Program-made: the position numbers and the translations under genes
The notes under the pieces: model-generated
What the model saw: the letters and a program-made list of their open reading frames with translations, nothing else
Databases searched by the model: none
Told to the model about the DNA's origin: nothing
Shown here: positions 43,100 through 52,130 of the stretch, piece after piece
Layout of the letters: each line of letters starts with the position of its first letter
How positions within the stretch are numbered: position 1 is the stretch's first letter
DNA from: Balanoglossus misakiensis
Taxonomy: Eukaryota > Animalia > Hemichordata
DNA: 64,000 bases
Assembly (NCBI GenBank): GCA_040954595.2
Contig: CM082579.2
Location: 16,096,550 to 16,160,549 of the forward strand
Reading direction: 5' to 3'

Positions 43100-46000
43100 A
43101 TGGCAACTGGAAACGACGAGATGTTCCACGTTCCAGCAGCACCAGGCCCTGTCTCCGTCAAGAGTAGCAGTTCATCAAAAACAGCTAGCTCAACAAGAGA
43201 AGAAAATTTAGTTCCCAAATTAAGGAGATCAATTATCGCTTACCGCGGCCATATGACACGTATTTACATGGATGTAGAGACCATGTTAATGTCGTCGCCT
43301 GACTACCAAGCAGTTACCAAAAAGAAAGAAGACTTGGATAGGATTTTTACTTCATATACAAATACTTGTTATGAATATCAGAAACATCTTTCAAGGTCCG
43401 AACAAGAAAGTGTACGACTTGAACACGAATCTGAAGTTAACAGAAAAGAGTGTCTGGAACAACGCCTGAAGAACTGGATTTCGTCTCATCGAATCACGAT
43501 AACAACTCCGTCACGTGGGTTGGAGCCAGAAGTGCCACCAGCTTCACAAGAGGATGATGTCAACGGTTCAGCGGCTTCCAAAAATTCATGTCACTCTACC
43601 AAGGACCAGGTAAAATCTGTAAAAAAGAAATCACATAGTCAAACGTCTTATGGAAATGGTAACCGGCAGACAAGTAATATATGTTCTTTATCGAGTTCAA
43701 AGGCAAGTCGAGCTTCAAGAATTGCAAGAAGGAAGATATTGGAAACCCAGCTTGAACTTGAAAAGATACAGCAAGAAGAAGAAGCCAAAGCCAAGCTTCG
43801 TGATCTGCGACTTCGAGAAGAAGAAATAAAGATGCAGTCAACATTGAAGATTCTAGACGTTCAACAGAAGTTAAAACAGGCTGAAATGGAGGCTGAATTA
43901 GCAGAAGAGGGAACTTCGTTTCATTCCGAAGAATATTCTGTTGATACAAGTGAAGCAAAGATGACCAGTCCAAGTGAGAAGATTGACAGGTATTTCCAGT
44001 CTTTTCAAGATTATCACCCCCATGTATTGTCGAGTGGTCCCCCAGTAGAAGTTTCCCAGTTCAACACAATAACAACTTTGCTTAAAGACAGACCGCTGTC
44101 CGAAAATGTGAAACAGTTGGAGGGCAATGTGGCAGCATTAAATCCGAATGCACCAGAATGGCAGCCCGTGGACCACAATATTGGGGAACAACTTTATAGA
44201 AATGAACCAAGTCCATTGCGGGATGGGCAACACGAAATCCTACAGAGTATGATAAGACAACAGAGTGAAGCCACGCAAGCACTTGTAACTAGTTTGAATT
44301 TGCCGAAGCGGGAATTCCTATCGTTTAATGGTGACCCAGTAGTGTACCCCACGTTCATCAGAAATTTTGAGATAAATATTGTAAAGGGAACAACCGATGA
44401 TGGCACTAGATTGGCTTATCTCATCCAATACTGCACTGGACCAGCCAAAGAAGCAATCAAGAACTGTGTGATTCTACCTCCAGAACAAGGTTACACTGAA
44501 GCAAGGAAAATATTATACCAGAATTTCGGCCAGAAACACACGATCGTCCATGCCACCATAGACAAAGTCGTCAAGGGACCACAGATCAAGGCCACGGACA
44601 CATCAAAGTTGCTACAGTTGGCACGTGACATGAATAATTGTCATATGTGTTCCAGCCAAATGAAATACACCGCTGATCTGAACTCCATGGATACATTGGA
44701 GAAGATAGTGAGACGCCTACCTACATTTCTACAAGGAGATTGGGCAAAAGAAGCTGGAAGAATGATTTACTCCGGTATTGAACCAGAATTCATCCATCTG
44801 ACAGCGTTTTTGGAGAAGCGAGCAGCCTTGGCCAATACAAGATTCGGAATGTTGGTTGGATCAAAACCAGAACCAGAGAGAGACGTAAAGTCCAGGGTCA
44901 AACAATTCACCAAGGCTACTACTTTGACCACACAAGTAAGTCATGAAATGTACAGCAAGACGCAAGACAAACCCTACTGCCAATCCAAGAGAGAAATTAG
45001 ATGTCTTTTCTGCCAAGGACAACACCAACTGCAGAGATGCCGGAAGTTTGCCAGGAAGTCGTTCATGGAGAAGAAAACGTTTGTGCGAAAACAGAACCTC
45101 TGTGATTGTTGTCTGGAAGCAACCCCTCGACACTTCGCTAAAAACTGCAAAAGTGGATTGTTTTGTCCAGTAACTGACTGTGGAAGACTTCACCACCCAT
45201 TACTACACCCAGTATCGTCACATCCTAGCCAGTCGTCAAATGAAGTGTATCCCAGTGGAAGTGGTAGACCAGCTCCACCCACAACACGTCTTGGGAAGAA
45301 TAAAGACGAGAAAAGTGACGGGAATTCTGAAGTAACCAATGGGGCCGGTAACACCGTTCATTGTAAAGCAACCAGGACAAACAAGCCACGTATCAGCCTA
45401 CAAGTTGTACCAGTCCGAGTAAGTGGAGTGGAGGGAGGAGCAGAAATTGAAACTTATGCATTCCTGGACAATGGTTCAGACACAACAATATGTCTCTCAT
45501 CTCTAGCAGACAGACTTGGTTTGGGTGGACAACCCATTACATATACACTTTCCACACTCGATGCTGAAACGAAGAAGTATGGACGTGAAGTTAAATTAGA
45601 TGTACGAGGTCTACATAGAAATCAAAGTGTTCATCTTGATAAGGTATGGACGACGGACAAACTTCCCATAACGGCAAACAGTATACCAACAGCAGAGGAT
45701 ACGAAGGAATGGTCTCATCTGAAGGATGTTGAATTACCAGAATTGCAGAACAAGGAAGTCACAATCCTGATCGGTAACGACATTCCAGAAGCACACTGGG
45801 TCCTGGAGGAAAGACGTGCCTGGAGAAAACAACCATACGCAATCCGAACATTACTTGGATGGACGTTGATTGGGCCGATGAAAGGAAAGAAAGAAACCAA
45901 CTCATCAATCAACTGTATCAATATGGACCAGATCATCGACAGTGATACTTCTATCAAAGGTATGGAGTCCATTTCATCACAATTGGAAAGGATGTACAAT

Positions 46001-49000
46001 GCCGACTTCAACGAAAATCTAGTGGATACTAAAGAATGCATGTCATTAGAAGACCGAAGGGCAAAGGCGATAATGGATCGATCTGTCCGTCTACAAAATG
46101 GCCACTATCAGTTGAAGCTACCTTGGAAATTTGAAGAACCAGCCTTACCAAATAACAGGCATGTAGCTGAGAAACGACTCAACCTACTCAAAAGACGTCT
46201 ACTTAAAGATCCAGATCTCCATGAAAAGTACAGTACAACTATACAAGACTATATTGTACAAGGTCATGCAAAAGAAGTATCTGATGAAAACAAAGAAGAC
46301 GATAGACGGTTATGGTACCTACCTCATCATCCGGTGACGCATCCCATGAAACCAGAAAAGGTGAGAGTCGTCTTCGATTGTTCTGCCAAATGTGGAGGAA
46401 CTTCACTGAACGATCAACTCCTGCAGGGTCCGGATTTGACCAATTCCTTGGTTGGAGTCTTGCTACGGTTCCGTCAGTATCCTGTTGCAGTGGTTGCTGA
46501 TATCAAGCAAATGTTTCACCAAGTTCATGTCGACCCCGAAGATTGTGATGTCCTGCGATTCCTATGGTGGCCTAACGGTGACCTCACGAAGGAGCCCGTC
46601 GATCATCAAATGCTTGTTCATTTGTTTGGCGCGACATCATCACCTAGTTGTTCAGCATACGCCCTCCGGAGAACAGCTGATGACAATAGAAGTAACTTCG
46701 ACTCGGACATCATAGATGCTGTCTACAGAAATTTCTACGTGGATGATTTCTTAAAATCAGTACTTGCCGTGGACACAGCCAAGAGACTCATCACTGAAGT
46801 TTCAGCTCTTTTGTCTAATGGTGGATTTCATCTGACCAAATGGATTTCTAATTGCACAGAAGTATTGTCCTCCATCCCGTCAGAAGAAAGGGCGCCATCT
46901 GTGATGAATTTAGACCTGGAAGACTTACCAGTTGACAGAGCTCTTGGTGTACAATGGGACATTCAAGAAGATACTATGAGCTTCAGAGTTGGCAAGGAAA
47001 GTAAAAGTGAAACTCGAAGAGGGATTCTCTCAGTTGTAGCATCTGTGTACGACCCACTAGGATTTGTTGCACCATTTGTATTGCCGGCTAAGCGCTTATT
47101 ACAAGAATTATGCAAAGAAGGATGTGGATGGGATGAAGCCATACCAGTGAAATATCTAGTTGTTTGGCGTGAATGGTTACAGAAGTTACCGATGTTAAAA
47201 GCCATGGTAATTCCACGGTGTTACACACCTCCAGGTTTTGGCCAGCCACAATCTATAGAAATTCATCATTTCTGCGATGCTTCAACGGAAGGATATGGGG
47301 TTGTTTCCTACCTACGGTTTACTGACAAAGGTGGTAACTTTCCTTGCAGCCTCGTGACTGGCAAATCTAGAGTTGCTCCACTGAAGACCATTACAGTACC
47401 AAGATTGGAATTGACAGCAGCAACAGTGGCCGTTAAAGTCAGCAAACAGATAAAAGAAGAACTTCAATTTCCTATCCATCGAGAGCGATTCTGGACAGAC
47501 TCTACCATTGTTATACAATATATCTGCAGCTCAACAAGACGCTTCAAGACCTTTGTAGCCAACCACCTACAACTAATACACGATGCAACACTACCGTCAC
47601 AATGGCATCATGTTCCTTCACAACTCAATCCAGCTGATTGTGCCTCCCGAGGTATTACCTTGAAAGCCGCCAAAGCGAAGTCCAAACTGTGGTTCGAAGG
47701 TCCAGAATTTCTCTGGAAATCTGAAGGAAACTGGCCAACCCAACCTACCGACTTACCAAGAATATCGGATGAGGACAACGAATTGAAAATGGCAAAGGTA
47801 TGCGCAGTGGTAAACAGCAACCAGACAGATGACACTGATATCATCCATTCGTTAATTCACAGATTTTCGTCATGGTACAAACTTTGCAAATCTGTCGCTT
47901 GGATTTTACGATACAAGAAGTATCTCCGAGCTCGCATTGAGAATGGCGGAAATGGTAAAGTTCCGGTTGGTGCTCTAACGGTGTCAGAAGTGTCCGATGC
48001 TACCTTAGAAGTCATTAGAGTCATTCAACGGAAAGCGTTTCCTAAGGAAATATCAACACAGTTGAAGAATCCAAGCAGAAAACCAGATTCTGAAGGATAT
48101 ACCAGTCCACTTTGCAGACTCAGTCCAATCTACAAAGATGGCATTATACACGTTGGTGGAAGACTAAACAACGCCCCCATAGATGAAACCACAAAACATC
48201 CTATTATTCTACCCCATAATCATCAAGTGACCGAATTAATTGTTCAGTTTTTCCATGAGCAGGAAGGTCACGTAGGAACCACCCATGTGTTATCCAGAAT
48301 CCGAAAAGAATATTGGATTTTGAGAGGCCAAGCTACTGTCAGAAGAATTCCAACCCCAAGAGTTACTCCAGGTGAGAGTGCATTTGCTGCAGTGGGAATC
48401 GACTTCTTTGGTCCTCCGAAAGTCAAGTGGAGAAGAGGAACGTCCAAACGATACGGATGTATATTCACCTGTCTCGCCATACGAGCTGTGCATATTGAAG
48501 TCACCCACAGTTTATCCACAGATTCATTTATTCAGGCAGTATGGAGATTTGTCAGCAGACGTGGTCCACCAAAAACGGTATACAGTGACAACGGAACAAA
48601 TTTCCAGGGAGCGGAAACTGAAATCAAAGAAGCTCTAGCGAGTTGGAATCAAGAGAAGATAACTGATAGTCTACGCAAGAGGGATATCCAATGGTATTTC
48701 AATGCACCCGCAGCAAGTCATACTGGAGGAGTTTGGGAAAGGATGATACGTTCAGTGCGGAAAATCCTACGAGCACTCGTTGGAAACCAACTAATTGACG
48801 ACGAAACTTTACTTACTGTCTTGGCGGAGGTGGAGAAGATTATCAATGATCGACCTTTGACCCGTCAATCAGATTACCCGAATGACCTTGAAGCACTGAC
48901 GCCTAATAGCCTGTTACTACTGAGGCCGAATCCATGCACATCTCCTGCAGACACTGTCACGACCAGTACAGCTAATCACAGAAGGAACCAAGCTAATCTC

Positions 49001-49288
49001 ATAGCGAACTCGTTTTGGAAACGATGGCTACACGAATACCTGCCTTCCCTTCAGCAGAGACAGAAGTGGTTGAAGCCCAAGAGAAATCTGACTGTTGGTG
49101 ATTTGGTTATCGTGGTAGAGGAAAATATCCCAAGAGGACAGTGGTCAAAAGGACTAGTTCAGCAAACTTACCCAGATCAGTACGGCAATGTGCGCCAGGT
49201 CCTAGTGAAGACTGAAACAGGAAGATTGCGTAGAGATGTTCGCAAACTGTGCTTGCTTGAGGAAAGTAGTACACGTATTACACCATAA
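43100..49288 (+). CDS. BEL/Pao gag-pol polyprotein (2062 aa): Gag with triple Cys/His knuckle, aspartic protease, RT, RNase H, integrase (zinc finger apparently partly deleted)
   Basis: Gag: CLFCQGQHQLQRC, CDCC...HFAKNC, CPVTDCGRLHHPLLH. Protease: AFLDNGSDTT. RT: WYLPHHPV, RVVFDCS, ADIKQMF, FGATSSP, FYVDD. RNase H: FCDAS, PRLELTAA, WTDS, NPADCASRG. Integrase DDE: GIDFFGP, SDNGTNF, GVWERMIR. Confidence 0.97.
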   Translation: MATGNDEMFHVPAAPGPVSVKSSSSSKTASSTREENLVPKLRRSIIAYRGHMTRIYMDVETMLMSSPDYQAVTKKKEDLDRIFTSYTNTCYEYQKHLSRSEQESVRLEHESEVNRKECLEQRLKNWISSHRITITTPSRGLEPEVPPASQEDDVNGSAASKNSCHSTKDQVKSVKKKSHSQTSYGNGNRQTSNICSLSSSKASRASRIARRKILETQLELEKIQQEEEAKAKLRDLRLREEEIKMQSTLKILDVQQKLKQAEMEAELAEEGTSFHSEEYSVDTSEAKMTSPSEKIDRYFQSFQDYHPHVLSSGPPVEVSQFNTITTLLKDRPLSENVKQLEGNVAALNPNAPEWQPVDHNIGEQLYRNEPSPLRDGQHEILQSMIRQQSEATQALVTSLNLPKREFLSFNGDPVVYPTFIRNFEINIVKGTTDDGTRLAYLIQYCTGPAKEAIKNCVILPPEQGYTEARKILYQNFGQKHTIVHATIDKVVKGPQIKATDTSKLLQLARDMNNCHMCSSQMKYTADLNSMDTLEKIVRRLPTFLQGDWAKEAGRMIYSGIEPEFIHLTAFLEKRAALANTRFGMLVGSKPEPERDVKSRVKQFTKATTLTTQVSHEMYSKTQDKPYCQSKREIRCLFCQGQHQLQRCRKFARKSFMEKKTFVRKQNLCDCCLEATPRHFAKNCKSGLFCPVTDCGRLHHPLLHPVSSHPSQSSNEVYPSGSGRPAPPTTRLGKNKDEKSDGNSEVTNGAGNTVHCKATRTNKPRISLQVVPVRVSGVEGGAEIETYAFLDNGSDTTICLSSLADRLGLGGQPITYTLSTLDAETKKYGREVKLDVRGLHRNQSVHLDKVWTTDKLPITANSIPTAEDTKEWSHLKDVELPELQNKEVTILIGNDIPEAHWVLEERRAWRKQPYAIRTLLGWTLIGPMKGKKETNSSINCINMDQIIDSDTSIKGMESISSQLERMYNADFNENLVDTKECMSLEDRRAKAIMDRSVRLQNGHYQLKLPWKFEEPALPNNRHVAEKRLNLLKRRLLKDPDLHEKYSTTIQDYIVQGHAKEVSDENKEDDRRLWYLPHHPVTHPMKPEKVRVVFDCSAKCGGTSLNDQLLQGPDLTNSLVGVLLRFRQYPVAVVADIKQMFHQVHVDPEDCDVLRFLWWPNGDLTKEPVDHQMLVHLFGATSSPSCSAYALRRTADDNRSNFDSDIIDAVYRNFYVDDFLKSVLAVDTAKRLITEVSALLSNGGFHLTKWISNCTEVLSSIPSEERAPSVMNLDLEDLPVDRALGVQWDIQEDTMSFRVGKESKSETRRGILSVVASVYDPLGFVAPFVLPAKRLLQELCKEGCGWDEAIPVKYLVVWREWLQKLPMLKAMVIPRCYTPPGFGQPQSIEIHHFCDASTEGYGVVSYLRFTDKGGNFPCSLVTGKSRVAPLKTITVPRLELTAATVAVKVSKQIKEELQFPIHRERFWTDSTIVIQYICSSTRRFKTFVANHLQLIHDATLPSQWHHVPSQLNPADCASRGITLKAAKAKSKLWFEGPEFLWKSEGNWPTQPTDLPRISDEDNELKMAKVCAVVNSNQTDDTDIIHSLIHRFSSWYKLCKSVAWILRYKKYLRARIENGGNGKVPVGALTVSEVSDATLEVIRVIQRKAFPKEISTQLKNPSRKPDSEGYTSPLCRLSPIYKDGIIHVGGRLNNAPIDETTKHPIILPHNHQVTELIVQFFHEQEGHVGTTHVLSRIRKEYWILRGQATVRRIPTPRVTPGESAFAAVGIDFFGPPKVKWRRGTSKRYGCIFTCLAIRAVHIEVTHSLSTDSFIQAVWRFVSRRGPPKTVYSDNGTNFQGAETEIKEALASWNQEKITDSLRKRDIQWYFNAPAASHTGGVWERMIRSVRKILRALVGNQLIDDETLLTVLAEVEKIINDRPLTRQSDYPNDLEALTPNSLLLLRPNPCTSPADTVTTSTANHRRNQANLIANSFWKRWLHEYLPSLQQRQKWLKPKRNLTVGDLVIVVEENIPRGQWSKGLVQQTYPDQYGNVRQVLVKTETGRLRRDVRKLCLLEESSTRITP

Positions 49289-50274
49289 TTAATTAGTAAT
49301 AGCATATCTGGAATTCGTAATTTAAATCACGCCGTAGGAAATCTGACTTGATCAACGTGGTCAATGTACGCCTGTTTCTGCTCTAGAGTGCCGGGGCTTC
49401 AGCTGAGCCAGGCCGTAGGAAACCCGACGTGATTACCGTTGTTAACTTACGCCAGTCTGTGTCCTATATATAGTGCCGGGGCATCAGCCGTGCCAGGCCG
49501 AAGGAAATGTGAATAGATCAACGTGGTCTCTGTACGCGTGTTTCTGCTCTAGAGTGCCAGGGCTTTAGCCAAGCCATGCCGTAGGAAATCTGACTTGATC
49601 AACGTTGCTAACGAACGCTAGTGTCTGTCATGGTGTGCCGGGGTTTTAGTCGAGCCAGGCCGTAGGAAATCTGACTTGATCATCGTGGTCAATGTACGCG
49701 TGTTTCCACTCTAAAGTGCCGGGGCTTCAGCTAAACCAGGCCGTAGGAAATCTGACTTGATCACCGTTGCTAACGTACGCTAGTGTCTGTCATATTGTGA
49801 CGGAGATTTAGCCGAGCCAGGCCGTAGAAAAATCGACTTGTTCAACGTTACCAGTGTGCAACTGTTTCTGCTCTAGAGTAACTTGGTTTTAGCCGACTTA
49901 TGCTGTAGGAAATGTGAGTTGATGAACGGGAATTCAATGTTAGAAAACCTGTGTGGAAAGTATCTCTACCCGTTTGAAACTAAGAAAAGAATTTATTCTT
50001 ATTTATTTTGTAAAAAAGACAATTTTTCGAAAAAAAGTCGAAAATGGTAATTTTGTCTTGGGTGATTCAAATTATACCGCCTTTTCTGGAATTTGCAGCA
50101 CTTTCTACAAGAGAACGACACTTCATGCTCCATAATATTTCCGAAAATGAAGAAAAGAGTTAATTTTTTATGATTTTTTAAAAATTTACCATTTTTGTCA
50201 AAATATGGCCAAAATGGCTATTTTTAGCTCGGCTGTCACTTGTGTCAGCTGAGCTGTAGCAGTAGGTTGATTAG

Positions 50275-50313
50275 TGTCCGTCCGTCGTCCGTCGTCTGTC
50301 ATCCGTCGTCCGT
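50275..50313 (+). repeat. (GTCC/GTC)n microsatellite of the HINE-like element
   Basis: GTCCGTCCGTCGTCCGTCGTCTGTCATCCGTCGTCCGTC. Confidence 0.9.
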
Positions 50314-50329
50314 CAACTTTTGGTATTTC

Positions 50330-51192
50330 AATCTTCTTCTTTAAAACAACTTGGCATATTTAGCTGAAATTTGGTTGGAATGTGTGTTATGGTGCCCTTC
50401 ACTGATTTTGTTAATTTGGACTTGGTGGGGTCATGAATATGCAAATTAGATCTAAAAATAGAATTTTTGGTAAAAATCTTCTTCTCCACAACTACATGTA
50501 CAATGGAGCTGAAATTTGGTAGGAATGTGTGTTATGGGGCCCCTACCTGAGTTAGTAAATTTGGATTTGATGGGGTCATTAATATGCAAATTAGATCTAA
50601 AAATAGAATTTTTGGTAAAAATCTTCTTCTCCACAACTACATGTACAATGGAGCTGAAATTTGGTAGGAATGTGTGTTATGGGGCCCCTACCTGATTTTG
50701 TAAATTTGGATTTGATGGGGTCATTAATATGCAAATTAGATCTAAAAATAGAATGTTTGGTAAAAAATCTTCTTCTCCACAACTACATGTACAATGGAGC
50801 TGAAATCTGGTAGGAATGTGTGTTATGGGGCCCCTACCTGATTTTGTAAATTTGGATTTGATGGGGTCATTAATATGCAAATTAGATCTAAAAATAGAAT
50901 TTTTTGTAAAAAATATTTTTCTCCATAACTACATGTACGATAGAGCTGAAATTTGGTAGGAATGTGTGTTATGGTGTCCCTACCTGATTTTGTTAATTTG
51001 GATTTGATGGGGTCATAAATATGCAAATAAGATCTAAAAATAGATTTTTTGGTAAAAAATCTTCTTCCTAACTACATGTACGATGGAGCTGAAATTTGGT
51101 AGGAATGTATGTTATGGTGTCCCTACCTGATTTTGTTAATTTGGATTTGATGGGGTCATCAATATGCAAATTAGATCTAAAAATAGAATTTT
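50330..51192 (+). repeat. ~146-bp tandem array (~6 copies) inside the HINE-like element
   Basis: GCTGAAAT(T/C)TGGT at ~50363, 50508, 50653, 50799, 50945 and 51088. Each unit contains GGGGTCA...ATATGCAAAT(T/A)AGATCTAAAAATAG. Confidence 0.95.
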
Positions 51193-52130
51193 ATGGGGTC
51201 AAAAAAATTTGCCCAAATTTTGGGTGACCTCAGATGACCTTTGACCTACTTTCCTATATCTCGGCATACAGAGCAGGTACAGACTTGGCGTTTTGAGGGT
51301 TGGGGCTAAAATTTAAAAGCCGAAATGGGGGTCACCTGTGACACATGCATATCTCATTAATTATGCACATACCTAATTCTAGGCTAACCAATAGGGCTAT
51401 AGGTTTTGTTTTTGTTGAACATGGACAATTATGGGGTCAAAATTTCTTGCCCAAATTTTTGGTGACCTTAGGTGACCTTTGACCTACTTTACCATATCTC
51501 TGTATCCAGAGCAGGTACAGCCTTGGTATTTGGAAGGATGGAACTCCTAATGGAGTCTTACACTTTACCTCATTAATTATGTGCATACCTAATTCTAGGC
51601 GAACCAATAAGGCTAGAGGTCTGGTTTTTGTTGAACATGGACAATTATGGGGTCAAAATTTCTTGCCCAAATTTTTGGTGACCTTAGGTGACCTTTGACC
51701 TACTTTACCATATCTCGGTATCCAGAGCAGGTACAGCCTTGGTATTTGGAGGGATGGAACTCCTAATGGAGTCTTACACTTTACCTCATTAATTATGTAC
51801 ATACCTAATTCTAGGCGAACCAATAAGGCTAGAGGTCTGGTTTTTGTTGGACCTGGATAAGTATAGGGTCAAAATTTCTTGCCCAAATTTTGGTGACCTT
51901 TGACATTCTTCTGCATAACTCGGCACCCAGAGTAGGTACAGTACGGATGGGACCAAAATAAGAAACCAAATTTAAAGGTCACCTGTGACACCTACTTAAC
52001 TCATTAAGAATGTTCATACCTAATTCCAGGCTAACTAATAGGGGTTGAGGTTTCGTTCTTGTGGGACATGGACCAGTATAGGGTCAAAATTATTACCCAA
52101 ATTTCTGGTGACCTCACATGACCTTTGATG
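51193..52130 (+). repeat. ~217-238-bp tandem array (~4.3 diverged copies) inside the HINE-like element
   Basis: GGGTCAAAA...CCCAAATTT...GGTGACCT recurs at ~51195, 51433, 51650, 51866 and 52081. Confidence 0.9.

Larger units (their letters stand above)
42393..49326 (+). mobile_element. BEL/Pao LTR retrotransposon: single LTR plus internal region; no PPT, 3' LTR or TSD seen
   Basis: The satellite stops at ...ATATAGAGCCGG (42392) and resumes at TCACGCCGTAGG (49327). The insert encodes a single gag-PR-RT-RH-IN polyprotein with BEL/Pao motifs. Confidence 0.95.

Noticed and set aside
43596-48638. Short antisense and alternate-frame ORFs inside the retrotransposon
   Set aside because: They are shadow ORFs of the long gag-pol frame. 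No env-like ORF is seen.
50452-51026. ORFs in the 146-bp array
   Set aside because: By-products of a non-triplet tandem repeat, with no Rep/Helicase similarity.
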